64,000 nt of DNA from an uncultured Gemmatimonadales bacterium (GTDB lineage Bacteria; Gemmatimonadota; Gemmatimonadetes; Gemmatimonadales; GWC2-71-9): assembly GCA_963779755.1 (NCBI GenBank), contig CAVZZO010000003.1, positions 1,472,001-1,536,000 of the forward strand, written 5' to 3'. How positions within the stretch are numbered: position 1 is the first letter of the stretch; each line of letters begins with the position of its first letter. The translations under genes and the position numbers were made by a program. The notes beneath the pieces are model-generated. The model ran no database searches and had not been told where the DNA came from. It was given only the letters and a program-made list of their open reading frames with translations. Positions 1 to 10,135 of this stretch are shown one piece after another.

Positions 1-40
1 CGGCGCCCGCGGAGGAGGGGTTGGATCGGGTGTCATGGCA

Positions 41-298
41 TCAGGGGGCGCTGGGGGGATGGATTTGGCCCTGCCGCTCCGACTCCCAGCCGCGGACGGT
101 GCGGGAGAGCAGGGCGAAAACGCCAAACAGCACGATGAGGAGCCCGAGGGCGATCAGATCGTTTCTGGGATTCACGATGCCGCCCAGCAACTGATTGAGC
201 GTTTCCCAGATGTAGCCCACCAGGGGAACGCCCACGATCATGAAACCTGCGATACTGAGGATCAGTTTTCCGAGCGAGAGCGACGTCTGCTGAGTCAT
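41..298 (-). CDS. small two-TM membrane protein
   Basis: ORF 41..316; likely start MTQQ; two hydrophobic stretches. Confidence 0.65.
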   Translation of the reverse strand: MTQQTSLSLGKLILSIAGFMIVGVPLVGYIWETLNQLLGGIVNPRNDLIALGLLIVLFGVFALLSRTVRGWESERQGQIHPPSAP

Positions 299-372
299 GG
301 CCACTGCCTGACGCAACGAGGAGTGGCTTGCATTATCAGGAGGGACCGGCGGAACGTCAAGGACGGGGGCAG

Positions 373-480
373 AACGGGAAAGGGGAACGGGAAAGGGGAA
401 CGGGAAAGGGGAAACGGGAAATGGGAAACGGGATGGGGAACAGGGAGCAGGCTATTCCCCATTCACCATCCGCCCATTCT
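373..480. repeat. intergenic purine-rich tandem repeat (AACGGGAAAGGGG x3-4, decaying) with weak complementary arm
   Basis: aacgggaaagggg repeated from 373; ttccccattc.. arm near 455-480. Confidence 0.7.
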
Positions 481-898
481 ACCTGTAGATATACCCCAGC
501 ACTCCCCCATACACCACGTGTCCCAGCAGGCTGCCGAACAGCATGTGGAGATCGCCCCGGGAAAAGAACCCGCCGCCCACCGCGGGCATGAAGACGATCT
601 GGGCCAGGAAAAAGACCAGGACGCCGAAGAGGACGCCGCGCAGGAACGAGGCGCCCGGCAGGCGGCTGGAGAAAACGCCGGCGTAGACCAGCGCGAAGAT
701 CACGCCGACCAGGAACGCCACCACCCAGCCGCCGAAGGCGCCGAGGGAGAGGTGCGCCGAGGTCAGCGCGATCGAGGAGCTGAGAATCTGGCCGATGGCG
801 ATCTGCGGCAGCCCGATGGACGGCTCGATCAGCAGGAGGGCCGTCATCGTGGCGGTGGCGATCAGACCCGCGGCAACGGCGCGACCGGCGTGCATGGC
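479..898 (-). CDS. 4-TM membrane protein (DUF6789/DUF1440-like)
   Basis: AGLIATATMT...GHVVYGGVLG pattern; hydrophobic; start approximate (MHAG). Confidence 0.6.
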   Translation of the reverse strand, partial: AMHAGRAVAAGLIATATMTALLLIEPSIGLPQIAIGQILSSSIALTSAHLSLGAFGGWVVAFLVGVIFALVYAGVFSSRLPGASFLRGVLFGVLVFFLAQIVFMPAVGGGFFSRGDLHMLFGSLLGHVVYGGVLGYIYR

Positions 899-927
899 TT
901 CCCTCCGGGCCGACAGGGGTATCGCGG

Positions 928-1332
928 TCATGGCTGGGCCATCCCGTGGCTCACGGCGTAGACGTAGGCGGCGACCAGTTTGATCTGGTCGTCGTTGATG
1001 CCGCCGGGGTGGGCCGGCATCACCGTGCCTTTGAGCCCGTTGGTCACCCGGTTGACGATCGAGGCATAGGTGCCGTCGATGTGCCGCCAGCCGGGCCCCC
1101 GCAGCGACGGGGCGATGGGGCCGCCCTTCAGCTTGTCGCCGTGGCAGGCGTGGCAGGTGCCCCGGCCATGGAAGATCTGACGGCCCTGCTCGATCATGGC
1201 CGGCGTGATCCGGGCGGAATCGGAGGCAGCGGCGGCCGTGCCGCTGTCGGCGGCCTGGGCGCGGGCGGTCTCCACGTGCAACAGGGCGAGCGCAAGGACC
1301 CCGAGGACCAGCGAAGTTGTGAAGCGCCTCAT
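928..1332 (-). CDS. periplasmic monoheme c-type cytochrome
   Basis: signal peptide MRRFTT..ARA, CHACH heme motif, distal MP ligand. Confidence 0.9.
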   Translation of the reverse strand: MRRFTTSLVLGVLALALLHVETARAQAADSGTAAAASDSARITPAMIEQGRQIFHGRGTCHACHGDKLKGGPIAPSLRGPGWRHIDGTYASIVNRVTNGLKGTVMPAHPGGINDDQIKLVAAYVYAVSHGMAQP

Positions 1333-1498
1333 GAATGGAATAACCGTCGTGTCAGGATGATCCATTCTAGGGCCGGCGCCCCACCCGTCAAGCATGACAG
1401 TCTGTCCGGGACAAGGTGTCCGGCGATGACGGGCTGGCCGGGCCGCGAACGGACTTCCGGCCGGCGGGCCTCCGTGAGCGGGACAGATCCGGTGGTAT

Positions 1499-1570
1499 CG
1501 ATCCACAGATTACACCGATTACGCGGATGGCTCCGAAGGGCCGGGAGCCATCTGGGTAATCTGTGGATCG
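1499..1570. repeat. 9-bp-periodic palindromic REP-like element
   Basis: cgatccacagattacaccgattacgcggat...atctgggtaatctgtggatcg inverted arms. Confidence 0.8.
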
Positions 1571-1758
1571 GCAACCCCGGTAGAGGCGCCTGGCGCAGGC
1601 CGAACCGTGTAAGGCCCTGCACTACAGCGGTTTGCCCCCTTCCGGTCGAGGACGGCCGGAGCGGCTGCCGGCGCCCCGGCAGACGGTGCGCCCTATCGCA
1701 AACCGTCCCCGACCCATACCGTTGTACCAGAAGGACTCCCCCAAACCCAGAGGTCGTC

Positions 1759-2235
1759 ATGCGATACCCCACCCCCACCAGGTGGCTCCCGGTTCTGCTG
1801 GCCCTTGCGGTTGCCACACCGGTTGTGGCACGCGCTCAGATCGAGGAGCCGCGGATCCCGCTCCGCACCGCGATCAACGAGATCAACACCTTCCGCTCGG
1901 CGTACCAGGACGCCTACAACAAGAAGGACGTCGGCGCGCTGGTGGCCATGTACGCGCCCGACGCCGTGGTCATCTCCGGTGACGGGTCCATCGCCAAGGG
2001 CTCCGACGAAACCCGGGCCGCGCTGCAGAAGGAAATGGGCATGCTGAGCCAGATCACCATCACCTCGGATTCCATGGCGGTCTTCGGGCATACGGCGTGG
2101 GATGTGGGAACCCTGAGAGGCATGGACCCCGACGGCCATCAGCAGGTCAGCCACTACCTCGCGGTCCTGCGGCGTGGGCTGACCGAATGGCAGCTGAGCA
2201 GCGTGGCGGTGGTGCCGGTCGCAACGAAGATGTGA
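1759..2235 (+). CDS. secreted NTF2/SnoaL-like (DUF4440) protein
   Basis: signal peptide; YQDAYNKKDVGALVAMYAPDAV motif. Confidence 0.8.
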   Translation: MRYPTPTRWLPVLLALAVATPVVARAQIEEPRIPLRTAINEINTFRSAYQDAYNKKDVGALVAMYAPDAVVISGDGSIAKGSDETRAALQKEMGMLSQITITSDSMAVFGHTAWDVGTLRGMDPDGHQQVSHYLAVLRRGLTEWQLSSVAVVPVATKM

Positions 2236-2417
2236 GCCACCGATTGCGCAGATAACACGGATGAGGGCGGTAGGCCGGCCGGCGGCGGCATGGAACAGGA
2301 TCGCGCTGCTGCCGGCCCCCTGCCCACCGGTACCGGCTGTGGATCTGTGACTCCGCAGGCAGGTTCCGCCGGCCGCTTCGATGAGACGAAGTCCGCCAAC
2401 TCAGCCCGCTTGCAGCT

Positions 2418-5387
2418 TTGTCCGATCTCCTCTCCACGCTGAGCGCCGCCCTCGCCGGCCGCTACCGCTTTGAACGGGAACTCGGCCGCGGCGGGATGGC
2501 GACCGTCTTCCTCGCCCAGGACCTGAAACACGACCGGCCGGTCGCGCTCAAGGTCCTGCACCAGGAGATCGCCGCCGCGATCGGGCCGGAGCGGTTTCTC
2601 CGCGAAATCCGCATCGCCGCCCAGCTGCAGCATCCCCACATCCTGACGCTGATCGACTCGGGTGAGGTGGCTATCGAAAGCGGCCGGGCCCCTGGGGCGC
2701 CGTACCTCTACTACACCATGCCCTTCGTGGATGGAGAGAGCGTGCGGGACCGGCTGGCCCGGGAAGGGCGGCTCTCTCCGGGGGAGACCGTGCGCATCCT
2801 CCAGGATGTGCTAGATGCGCTGGCCTGCGCCCACCGGCAGGGGATCGTCCACCGCGACATCAAGCCGGAGAACGTCATGCTCTCCGGTCGCCATGCGCTG
2901 GTCGTGGATTTCGGCGTCGCCAAGGCGGTCAGCCCCGCGACCGGTCCGGCAGCGGCGTCCCTCACCACCACCGGCCTGGCTATCGGCACACCGGCATACA
3001 TGGCGCCCGAGCAGGCGGCCGGCCAGTCCGCGGTGGACGGCCGCACCGACCTCTATGCGGTGGGAGTGCTCGCCTATGAAATGCTGACCGGTCGCCCGCC
3101 GTTCACCGGGGCGACTCCGCTCGCCATGGTCGCAGCGCACCTGAGCGACCTCCCGGCGCCGGTCTCGTCAGTCCGGCCCGACCTGCCGGTACCGCTGGCC
3201 ACGACGATCATGCGGTGTCTGGAAAAGGACCCGGCCCACCGCTGGCAGTCGACCGACGAGCTGCTGCACGAGCTCGAGTCGATCGCGACGGCGTCCGGAG
3301 GGCTGGCCGGCACCGGCGCCGCCCGGGTCGGCCGGCCGATCTGGCGCCGTCCGACCCTGCTTGCGGCCGCCCTGGCCATCCTCGTCCTCGGCGCCTGGCT
3401 CTGGACCGGGCCCCTGGCCCGCGCGCGTGACCGCCGCTGGGTGCGGGACCGCGCCATTCCGCGGCTCCTCGTCCTGGCCGATTCGGGCGACTGGGAAGCG
3501 GCCTATCAACTGGCCCGCACCGTCGACCGGCGGGCGCCGGGCGATTCCCTGTTCAACGCCCTGGTGCCGAGGTTCGCGGTGCGGTACCGGATCCGCACGG
3601 CGCCGGAAGGCGCGCGGGTCTGGCGCAAGGCCTATGGCGCGCCCGATTCCGCCTGGACCCTCCTCGGGCAGACGCCGCTCGACAGCGCCCTCGGCGCGCA
3701 GAGCGGCCCGGGCGGGCAGTTTCTTGACGCCAATCGTATCCGGATCGAGGCGCCGGGCTACCGGACCCTGGAGCTGATCGGCCTGCCGTTCGAGGACTCG
3801 GTCATCCGGCTCGATCCGGACAGCGCCATTCCACCCGGCATGGTGCGGGTCGGGGGCGGCTCGGTCGCGGCGCAGTACCCCGGGTTCGAGAACGCGGAGC
3901 CGATTCGGCTGGCCGACTACCTGATGGACCGGTTCGAGGTCACCAACCACGAGTATCAGCGATTCGTGGACAGCGGGGGCTACCGGCGCCGCGAATTCTG
4001 GCAGGAGCCGGTTGCGGTGGACGGGCGGACCATCCCCTGGGAGCAGGCGATGGCCGTGATGACCGACCGCACGGGACGCATTGGCCCGTCTACGTGGGAG
4101 GCGGGGCGCTACCCCACCGGGGCCGGGGACGAGCCGGTGGGCGGGGTCAGCTGGTACGAGGCCATGGCCTATGCCCGCTTCGCGGGGAAGTCGCTCCCCA
4201 CGGTGGTGCACTGGAACCATGCCGCCAGTGTGCGCAACAGCGCCTGGATCGTGCCGGCCAGCAATTTCTCCGGCCAAGGGGCCGTCGCGGTCGGCACGAC
4301 CGGCGGCATCAGCGCGTTCGGGACGTACGACATGGCGGGAAACGTGCGCGAGTGGTGTCTCAACGCCAGCGGATCCCAGCGGTTCATTCTGGGAGGGGGG
4401 TGGGCGGATCCGCCGTATCGATTCAACGACACCTATGCCCAGGCACCGATGGACCGCTCGCCGTTGAACGGGATTCGCCTGGTGCGGTACCCGCCATCGG
4501 ACTCGAATCTTGCCCGCGCGGCGGCCCCGATCACCCGGGAGCGGCGCGACCTGCAGCACGTGACGCCGGTGAGCGATGCGGTCTTCTCGGCCTATCGCGA
4601 GATGTACCAGTACGACCGCAAACCGCTCGACGCCCGGATCGAGGAAACGGTGGATGAGGGCGACTGGACCCGCCAACTGATACGGATGGACGCGGCCTAC
4701 GGAGGCGACAGCCTGCTGGTGTACCTCTATCTGCCGAAGCGGGGAGCCCGCCCCTTCCCGGCCATCGTCTTCTTCCCGCCGGGCATTGCGATCGTTCTGC
4801 CCACCCTGGGGCCCTCGGAGAGCCGCCATTTCGATTTCCTGCTCCGGAGCGGCCGGGCGGTGCTGTACCCGGTCTACAAGGGGACCTATCAGCGCCGAGA
4901 TTCGCTCCAGAGCGACACGCCGGACTCGACCAATTTCTATCGCGATCATGTGGTGATGTGGGCCAAGGACATGCGCCGCGGCATCGACTACCTGGAGACC
5001 CGGCCGGATATTGCTACCGACCGGCTGGCGTATTACGGCGTGAGCTGGGGCGGCGAGATGGGCGGCCTGATGCCGGCGATCGAGCCGCGGATCAGGGTCA
5101 GCGTGCTGCAGGTGGCGGGAATCAGCTTCGCGCCGGTGCGCCCGGAGGTGGATCCGGTGAACTACCTCCCCCACATCCATGCCCCCACCCTGATGATCAA
5201 CGGGCGCTACGATTTCTATTTTCCCATCGAGGCCTCACAGATCCCCATGTTCCGGCTGCTGGGCACCCCACCCGACCAGAAGCGGCACGTCATCGAAGAA
5301 GGAAGCCACTTCGTACCCCGCGTCCGGCTGATCCAGGAGACGCTGGCCTGGCTGGACAAGTACCAGCCAGTGCAAGAGCCGCATTGA
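2418..5387 (+). CDS. Ser/Thr kinase - TM - FGE/sulfatase-modifying domain - alpha/beta hydrolase fusion
   Basis: LGRGGMATV, HRDIKPEN, DFG; FEVTN, YDMAGNVREW; GVSWGG nucleophile elbow. Confidence 0.92.
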   Translation: MSDLLSTLSAALAGRYRFERELGRGGMATVFLAQDLKHDRPVALKVLHQEIAAAIGPERFLREIRIAAQLQHPHILTLIDSGEVAIESGRAPGAPYLYYTMPFVDGESVRDRLAREGRLSPGETVRILQDVLDALACAHRQGIVHRDIKPENVMLSGRHALVVDFGVAKAVSPATGPAAASLTTTGLAIGTPAYMAPEQAAGQSAVDGRTDLYAVGVLAYEMLTGRPPFTGATPLAMVAAHLSDLPAPVSSVRPDLPVPLATTIMRCLEKDPAHRWQSTDELLHELESIATASGGLAGTGAARVGRPIWRRPTLLAAALAILVLGAWLWTGPLARARDRRWVRDRAIPRLLVLADSGDWEAAYQLARTVDRRAPGDSLFNALVPRFAVRYRIRTAPEGARVWRKAYGAPDSAWTLLGQTPLDSALGAQSGPGGQFLDANRIRIEAPGYRTLELIGLPFEDSVIRLDPDSAIPPGMVRVGGGSVAAQYPGFENAEPIRLADYLMDRFEVTNHEYQRFVDSGGYRRREFWQEPVAVDGRTIPWEQAMAVMTDRTGRIGPSTWEAGRYPTGAGDEPVGGVSWYEAMAYARFAGKSLPTVVHWNHAASVRNSAWIVPASNFSGQGAVAVGTTGGISAFGTYDMAGNVREWCLNASGSQRFILGGGWADPPYRFNDTYAQAPMDRSPLNGIRLVRYPPSDSNLARAAAPITRERRDLQHVTPVSDAVFSAYREMYQYDRKPLDARIEETVDEGDWTRQLIRMDAAYGGDSLLVYLYLPKRGARPFPAIVFFPPGIAIVLPTLGPSESRHFDFLLRSGRAVLYPVYKGTYQRRDSLQSDTPDSTNFYRDHVVMWAKDMRRGIDYLETRPDIATDRLAYYGVSWGGEMGGLMPAIEPRIRVSVLQVAGISFAPVRPEVDPVNYLPHIHAPTLMINGRYDFYFPIEASQIPMFRLLGTPPDQKRHVIEEGSHFVPRVRLIQETLAWLDKYQPVQEPH

Positions 5388-5521
5388 TCCACAGATGACG
5401 CAGATTGATCCCCTGACCGGACGGTGCGGCGCTCCCGCTTCACCCCAGTCACTCTGACCCATCGGTCTTTCATGGTCGTAGCCCGGCAGGTATCGGGGCC
5501 ATCTGTGTAATCTGTGGATCA
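5385..5521. repeat. 9-bp-periodic REP-like inverted pair between convergent genes
   Basis: tgatccacagatgacgcagatt (5385) and atctgtgtaatctgtggatca (5501). Confidence 0.75.
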
Positions 5522-6907
5522 GCGCCAGATAGCCATGACTCCGTGAGTGTCGTGGCGGTTGGCGTTGCCCTCGGTCACGACAATCATCCCATTGGCCACG
5601 ATGGGGCTGTTCCAGTGGCCGCCGCCGCAGTCGAGCGTCTTGAGCAGGCGGCCGCTGGGCGCGTCGTACACGCGGAGTCCCCCCGCGGGATCGTACACCA
5701 AGAGCATGCCATCGGCCACCACGGGGCTGGTGCCGCCGTTCTCGTTGTGCCACGCCGGCTGGAGCTGCTTGCCGCTGACTGTCCAGGCGGCGGTGCCGCC
5801 CCCATCGGCCGCGAACAGCCAGGTCCTGCCGTTCTGGTGCCAGACCGCCGGGGCACTGAAGAGACGGTCGCCCGATGGCGTATCCACCGACTGAAGTTCA
5901 TGGCCTCGGTGTGGGGCCGTTCCCCGTTCCTGCGCCCACTCCAGCAGATGGATCTTTCCCGCCTTCCCCCCCTGCGCCACCAGGCCGTCACCCAGTAGCA
6001 CCGGCGAGGTGGACCCCAGGTCCACATCGGCGTCATCCAGCCGGTGGGTATCCTCCGGGGTCCAGTTTCCCAGGAGGCGCGAGGCGGCCGGGTCCAGCTC
6101 GAGTACCGCGTCGCCCCAGTGGGTCTTTCCGTCCCAGTATCCGTCGCCCGTCGCCACGAAGATGTTCCCGCTGGAGGAATCCACCACCGCGCCCGCCCGG
6201 CCCCAGATGGCGGCGCCGCTCTGGGGACACTGTGCGGGCGTGAGCAGGCCGGCCCGGTCGCTGCAGAGCGAATTCCACACATTGATGATGGTTCCGCTCG
6301 CGGCATCGAGCACCGCCACGTGTCCCTGATAGGGCGGCCGGTCGCCGATGTAGCCGCCGGTGACCGCGATGACATGCCCGCGGGAGTAGTTGAGCGACGC
6401 CGCGATCTTCTCGCGCTGCGGCAGCCGGGTGATGGCGGTACTCCAGACCTCATGGCCGTCGTCCAGCGACAGCTTGCGGATCGCTCCGTCGGGCGCCGCG
6501 GCGTAAATGTGCTGCCGGTCGGGGTCGGCCACGGGAGTAGCGTTGGTGATCCGGTAGGTGCCGGCCCAGCTCTGATAATCGGGAGGGATATAGGTCCAGA
6601 GGACGCTGTCGCCCGCCGCGTCGATTGCCTGGGTCTTGCCGTAGGTCGTGGTAACCACCAGCACGTCGCGGGACTGTCCCTTCACCCGCACCCCGGCCAG
6701 AAAGATCGGGGACGCGTCCACGGTGCCATCGAGCTGGATCTGGTGGCGCTCCAGCCCGTCGAGCCGGGCCGGGCTCAGCCCCATGGAAGCAGGGGGCGCG
6801 CTGGAGCGCTGGGCATCCCAACCGAAGCGGGTCCAGTCCCGAGCCAGCGAGACACTGTCGTGTGGAGCGAAGAGCAGCAGGAGCGAGAGCAGGAGGAAGC
6901 GAGACAT
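5519..6907 (-). CDS. secreted PQQ-binding-like beta-propeller protein
   Basis: signal peptide; DWTRFG, ATGDG, DVDLGSTSP motifs. Confidence 0.8.
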   Translation of the reverse strand: MSRFLLLSLLLLFAPHDSVSLARDWTRFGWDAQRSSAPPASMGLSPARLDGLERHQIQLDGTVDASPIFLAGVRVKGQSRDVLVVTTTYGKTQAIDAAGDSVLWTYIPPDYQSWAGTYRITNATPVADPDRQHIYAAAPDGAIRKLSLDDGHEVWSTAITRLPQREKIAASLNYSRGHVIAVTGGYIGDRPPYQGHVAVLDAASGTIINVWNSLCSDRAGLLTPAQCPQSGAAIWGRAGAVVDSSSGNIFVATGDGYWDGKTHWGDAVLELDPAASRLLGNWTPEDTHRLDDADVDLGSTSPVLLGDGLVAQGGKAGKIHLLEWAQERGTAPHRGHELQSVDTPSGDRLFSAPAVWHQNGRTWLFAADGGGTAAWTVSGKQLQPAWHNENGGTSPVVADGMLLVYDPAGGLRVYDAPSGRLLKTLDCGGGHWNSPIVANGMIVVTEGNANRHDTHGVMAIWR

Positions 6908-6921
6908 AGTGGGTGTTCTCT

Positions 6922-7605
6922 TTATGTGTTCCTGGACCCGGGCGCCGTCGCAGGAGTGCCGGTTGGGCGGGCCCGGGCCGGCCGGCGAACCGCCCGGACC
7001 TTGCCCGACGCTGCGCCTCCGCAGAAGAACCGATCGGTGCCGTTGGACTCGAGACCCGAAATGAGCTGGCCGGGCGGCATCCCGATGCGCTCCAGGACCT
7101 CTCCCGATCGAGGGTCGACCCGCCTCATGTCGCTCTCGTCATCCTCCAGGGTCGCATGCCAGAGCTCGCCGTCTACCCACGTTACCCCTGTGACGAAGCG
7201 ATTGGACTCGATGGTGCGCAGGATCGCTCCCGTTTCGGGGTCCACCTGGTGGATCTTCCGGTCGCGATACTCCCCGACCCAGAGGGTCCCTTCTGCCCAC
7301 GCGAGACCCGAGTCGCCGCCACCGGCCGGCGCCGGGATAGTCGTGAGCACCTCGCCCGTTCCCGGATCGATCTTCTGGATGCGATCCTCGGCGATCTGAA
7401 ACAGGTATCGGCCGTCGAAGGCCGTCCCCGCGTGGGCCGCGACGTCGATATGCCGCACCGCCTGTCCGGTGGCCGGATCGAAGGCGTTGAGCGTATTTCC
7501 GGCGGCGAACCACACCCGTTCGCCGTCGTAGGTCACCCCATGCACCCGCTCGGTGCCGGCGAAGGGCCCGTACTCCTCGATAACCTCAGCGGGCGAGTCT
7601 TTCAT
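6922..7605 (-). CDS. glutamine cyclotransferase-like/Vgb beta-propeller protein
   Basis: VHGVTYDG, AGTAFDG, SGLAWAEG, FVTGVTW repeats. Confidence 0.75.
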   Translation of the reverse strand: MKDSPAEVIEEYGPFAGTERVHGVTYDGERVWFAAGNTLNAFDPATGQAVRHIDVAAHAGTAFDGRYLFQIAEDRIQKIDPGTGEVLTTIPAPAGGGDSGLAWAEGTLWVGEYRDRKIHQVDPETGAILRTIESNRFVTGVTWVDGELWHATLEDDESDMRRVDPRSGEVLERIGMPPGQLISGLESNGTDRFFCGGAASGKVRAVRRPARARPTGTPATAPGSRNT

Positions 7606-7614
7606 ACGGGTACG

Positions 7615-8832
7615 TTAATCAAACGGCAGCGACGCAGGGAGTAACAGGACCGTCGTGATCCCGGGGACCGGCCGGGTCACCCAGCGGCGAGCGCGGCCGC
7701 GCCCGAAGGGCTGCACCTTGCCCGAGGCGGCGAGCGCATCCAGGGCCCGCTGCACCGTGCGCTGGCTCGTTCCCAACGCGAGCGCGAGGGCCGAGCTCGA
7801 CCAGGATTCGCCGTCGGCGAGGAGGGCAAGCAGGGCGGCCGCCGCGTCTTCGGCGGGCGGCGCCAGCACGACCACTTCGCGCGCGCGGCGCGGCGCAAGG
7901 GCAAACCCCCGTTCCGTCGCGCTGATGGCCGCCCGCGTCCGGAGCAACCTGCGAAGCCGCGCGATTTCCACTCGCAACCGGGCGCGATGCGATTCATCGG
8001 TGAACTTCGCCCCGAGGGCCCGGAGGAGCCGGGCCCTCGACGCATCTCCAGGCCACGCCTCACCCAGGGCGCGCGCCAGCGCGAACAGCACCGGCCGTTT
8101 TGCGAGCGACACGACCGTGCCTCCGTCGTGCACCACCCGGCGGCAGGCATCCACGACCAACGCGTCCGATGCCAGCAATTCTTCGACTTCTTCCAGCAGG
8201 AGGAGCCGCTCCTCGCCGCCCGTAATCAGGCGCGCCGCGGGGGTGTTCAGGACGACAGCCGCGCCTGCAACCTCCGCCGCAAGAGCCGGGATACCGGCCT
8301 GGCGGGCGGCGTCCGCGGCCCGGGCCAGCGCTGCTCGCGCCGCTTTCGTCCGGAGGCGCCGCAGCGCGACCCCCGCGAGGACGAGTTCGTGGGCCGCGCG
8401 GGCGGCGGACGGACGGGACGCCTGATCGCCCTCGGCCAGCAGACGCTCCGCCTCGTCCAGGCGCCCGATCAGCAGGAGATGCCGCACCTGAAGATCCCGC
8501 GCATGCGCCGCGTTCAACCGATCACCCCGCTCTTCCAGGGTCGCCCTGGCCGAAGCGAGCGCTTTCGCCGGCCAGCCGAGATCGCGCGAGACCAGCGCGA
8601 TTTCGGCCTCGGCCACGACGCATCGCGCGCGAGCCACGGCTTCGGTCGGGCCGAAAGCGCGCCCGGCACGTCGCAACAGCGCCTTCGCCCGCGCAAGGTC
8701 GCCGAGCTGCGCCATGGCGATGCCCCGGAGCGCGAGCGCAGACGGGTCGTCCCGTAGCGCGACGCGCTTCAAGGCGCCGAGGGGATCGCCGGCCGCGAGT
8801 GCCCGCCCCGCCGCGGTGATCAGCGAATCCAT
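7615..8832 (-). CDS. TPR-like/HTH DNA-binding protein
   Basis: start MDSLITAAGRAL; C-terminal HTH WSSSALALALGTSQRTVQRAL. Confidence 0.75.
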   Translation of the reverse strand: MDSLITAAGRALAAGDPLGALKRVALRDDPSALALRGIAMAQLGDLARAKALLRRAGRAFGPTEAVARARCVVAEAEIALVSRDLGWPAKALASARATLEERGDRLNAAHARDLQVRHLLLIGRLDEAERLLAEGDQASRPSAARAAHELVLAGVALRRLRTKAARAALARAADAARQAGIPALAAEVAGAAVVLNTPAARLITGGEERLLLLEEVEELLASDALVVDACRRVVHDGGTVVSLAKRPVLFALARALGEAWPGDASRARLLRALGAKFTDESHRARLRVEIARLRRLLRTRAAISATERGFALAPRRAREVVVLAPPAEDAAAALLALLADGESWSSSALALALGTSQRTVQRALDALAASGKVQPFGRGRARRWVTRPVPGITTVLLLPASLPFD

Positions 8833-8937
8833 CGGAATCCCGCCAGACTTGTAACTCCCACCGTAGCGCCGTCCGGCGTTAGAGTAGGCCCGCAGTTCAC
8901 GAGCAGCCAATCCTATCGGTGGAAGGAGCCGAGAACA

Positions 8938-9771
8938 ATGACGACGCACCCGACCAAGGCAGCAGGCAGGGAACCCGGAAAAGGGCATCTCCCCGCGACC
9001 ACTCCCACGGTCCTCTCGCCGCAGGAGTGGGAGAAGGCGCTTCAGCAGATGCTCGTGAAGGAAAAGGCCATGACGCGGGCCCGCGACGCCCTGGCCGCCG
9101 AACGCCGGCGGATGCCGTGGATGCCGGTGGAGAAGAGCTACCAGTTCGACGGTCCCGGGGGCAGGGTCAGCCTGCTCGATCTGTTCGAGGGACGCCGGCA
9201 GCTGATCGTCTACCGGGCCTTCTTCGAGCCCGGCGTGCACGGCTGGCCGGAACATGCCTGCATTGGCTGTTCCCTGGGGGCCGACCAGGTCGCCCACCTG
9301 GCCCATCTGAACGCCCGCGACACGACGCTGGTGTATGCGTCTCGCGCGCCGCAGGCCGACATCGCGCGCCTGAAGGCACGGATGGGCTGGGAGATGCCGT
9401 GGTACACCATCACCGACAGCTTCGACGCCGACTTCGGGGTGGATGAATGGCACGGCCACAACGCGTTCATCCGCGACGGCGAGCGCGTGTTCCGCACTTA
9501 CTTCATCAACGGCCGCGGCGACGAGGCGATGGGCACCACCTGGAGCTACCTCGACATGACGGCGCTCGGGCGGCAGGAGACCTGGGAGGATTCGCCGGAA
9601 GGCTATCCCCAGGACCGCCCGTACAAGTGGTGGAACTGGCACGAGAGCTACTTCCCCGACGCCGCGCCCGACCCGAAGTGGGTCGCGGTATCGGACGCCG
9701 GCGAGGCCGCCTTCCGCAAGCGCGCCGCAGAGAGCACCCAGCCTTTGCCGCAAGAAGAGACCGATGGGTGA
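8938..9771 (+). CDS. DUF899 thioredoxin-like protein
   Basis: LLDLFEGRRQLIVY, CIGCS, TALGRQETWEDSPEGYPQ. Confidence 0.88.
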   Translation: MTTHPTKAAGREPGKGHLPATTPTVLSPQEWEKALQQMLVKEKAMTRARDALAAERRRMPWMPVEKSYQFDGPGGRVSLLDLFEGRRQLIVYRAFFEPGVHGWPEHACIGCSLGADQVAHLAHLNARDTTLVYASRAPQADIARLKARMGWEMPWYTITDSFDADFGVDEWHGHNAFIRDGERVFRTYFINGRGDEAMGTTWSYLDMTALGRQETWEDSPEGYPQDRPYKWWNWHESYFPDAAPDPKWVAVSDAGEAAFRKRAAESTQPLPQEETDG

Positions 9772-10024
9772 CATCACGAAAAATGAACCCGCAGTGCCCG
9801 GGATAGCGGATCGGAGCGCCTTCCAGGCGGAGTTGGACGCGCTGCGGGTTCGGCTGAGCGCGGATCGGCTGCTGTCCTTCGCCGCCGCACCGACCTTCGC
9901 GGTCATGGCATACCTGACGGCCATCCACGGCGGTGGCATGCCGGACCACGGCATGTGCCTGATGTACTGGTTGATGAGCGCGTTCCACTTGGGGCCCTGG
10001 CTGAAGCTGATCTCCCGGCGCTGA
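9764..10024 (+). CDS. small membrane protein of DUF899 cluster (possibly chimeric)
   Basis: AAAPTFAVMA..MYWLMSAFHLGPWLKL; N-terminus resembles a DUF899 start. Confidence 0.55.
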   Translation: MGDITKNEPAVPGIADRSAFQAELDALRVRLSADRLLSFAAAPTFAVMAYLTAIHGGGMPDHGMCLMYWLMSAFHLGPWLKLISRR

Positions 10025-10135
10025 GCGGAGGGCAGCGCGGCCGCGCGCAGGCATCGTCGCTCAGCGCGGGCTGGCGGGGAGGGCCGCGGCTCCGGCCCGG
10101 TTGCTGCCCCTTGCGGCCTCGGTAGATTCCTTCCC

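Noticed and set aside
3168..5180. Long antisense ORFs (also 35..961, 6044..7399, 57799..59373, 58274..59512)
   Set aside because: Shadow frames of real genes in high-GC DNA; no motifs.
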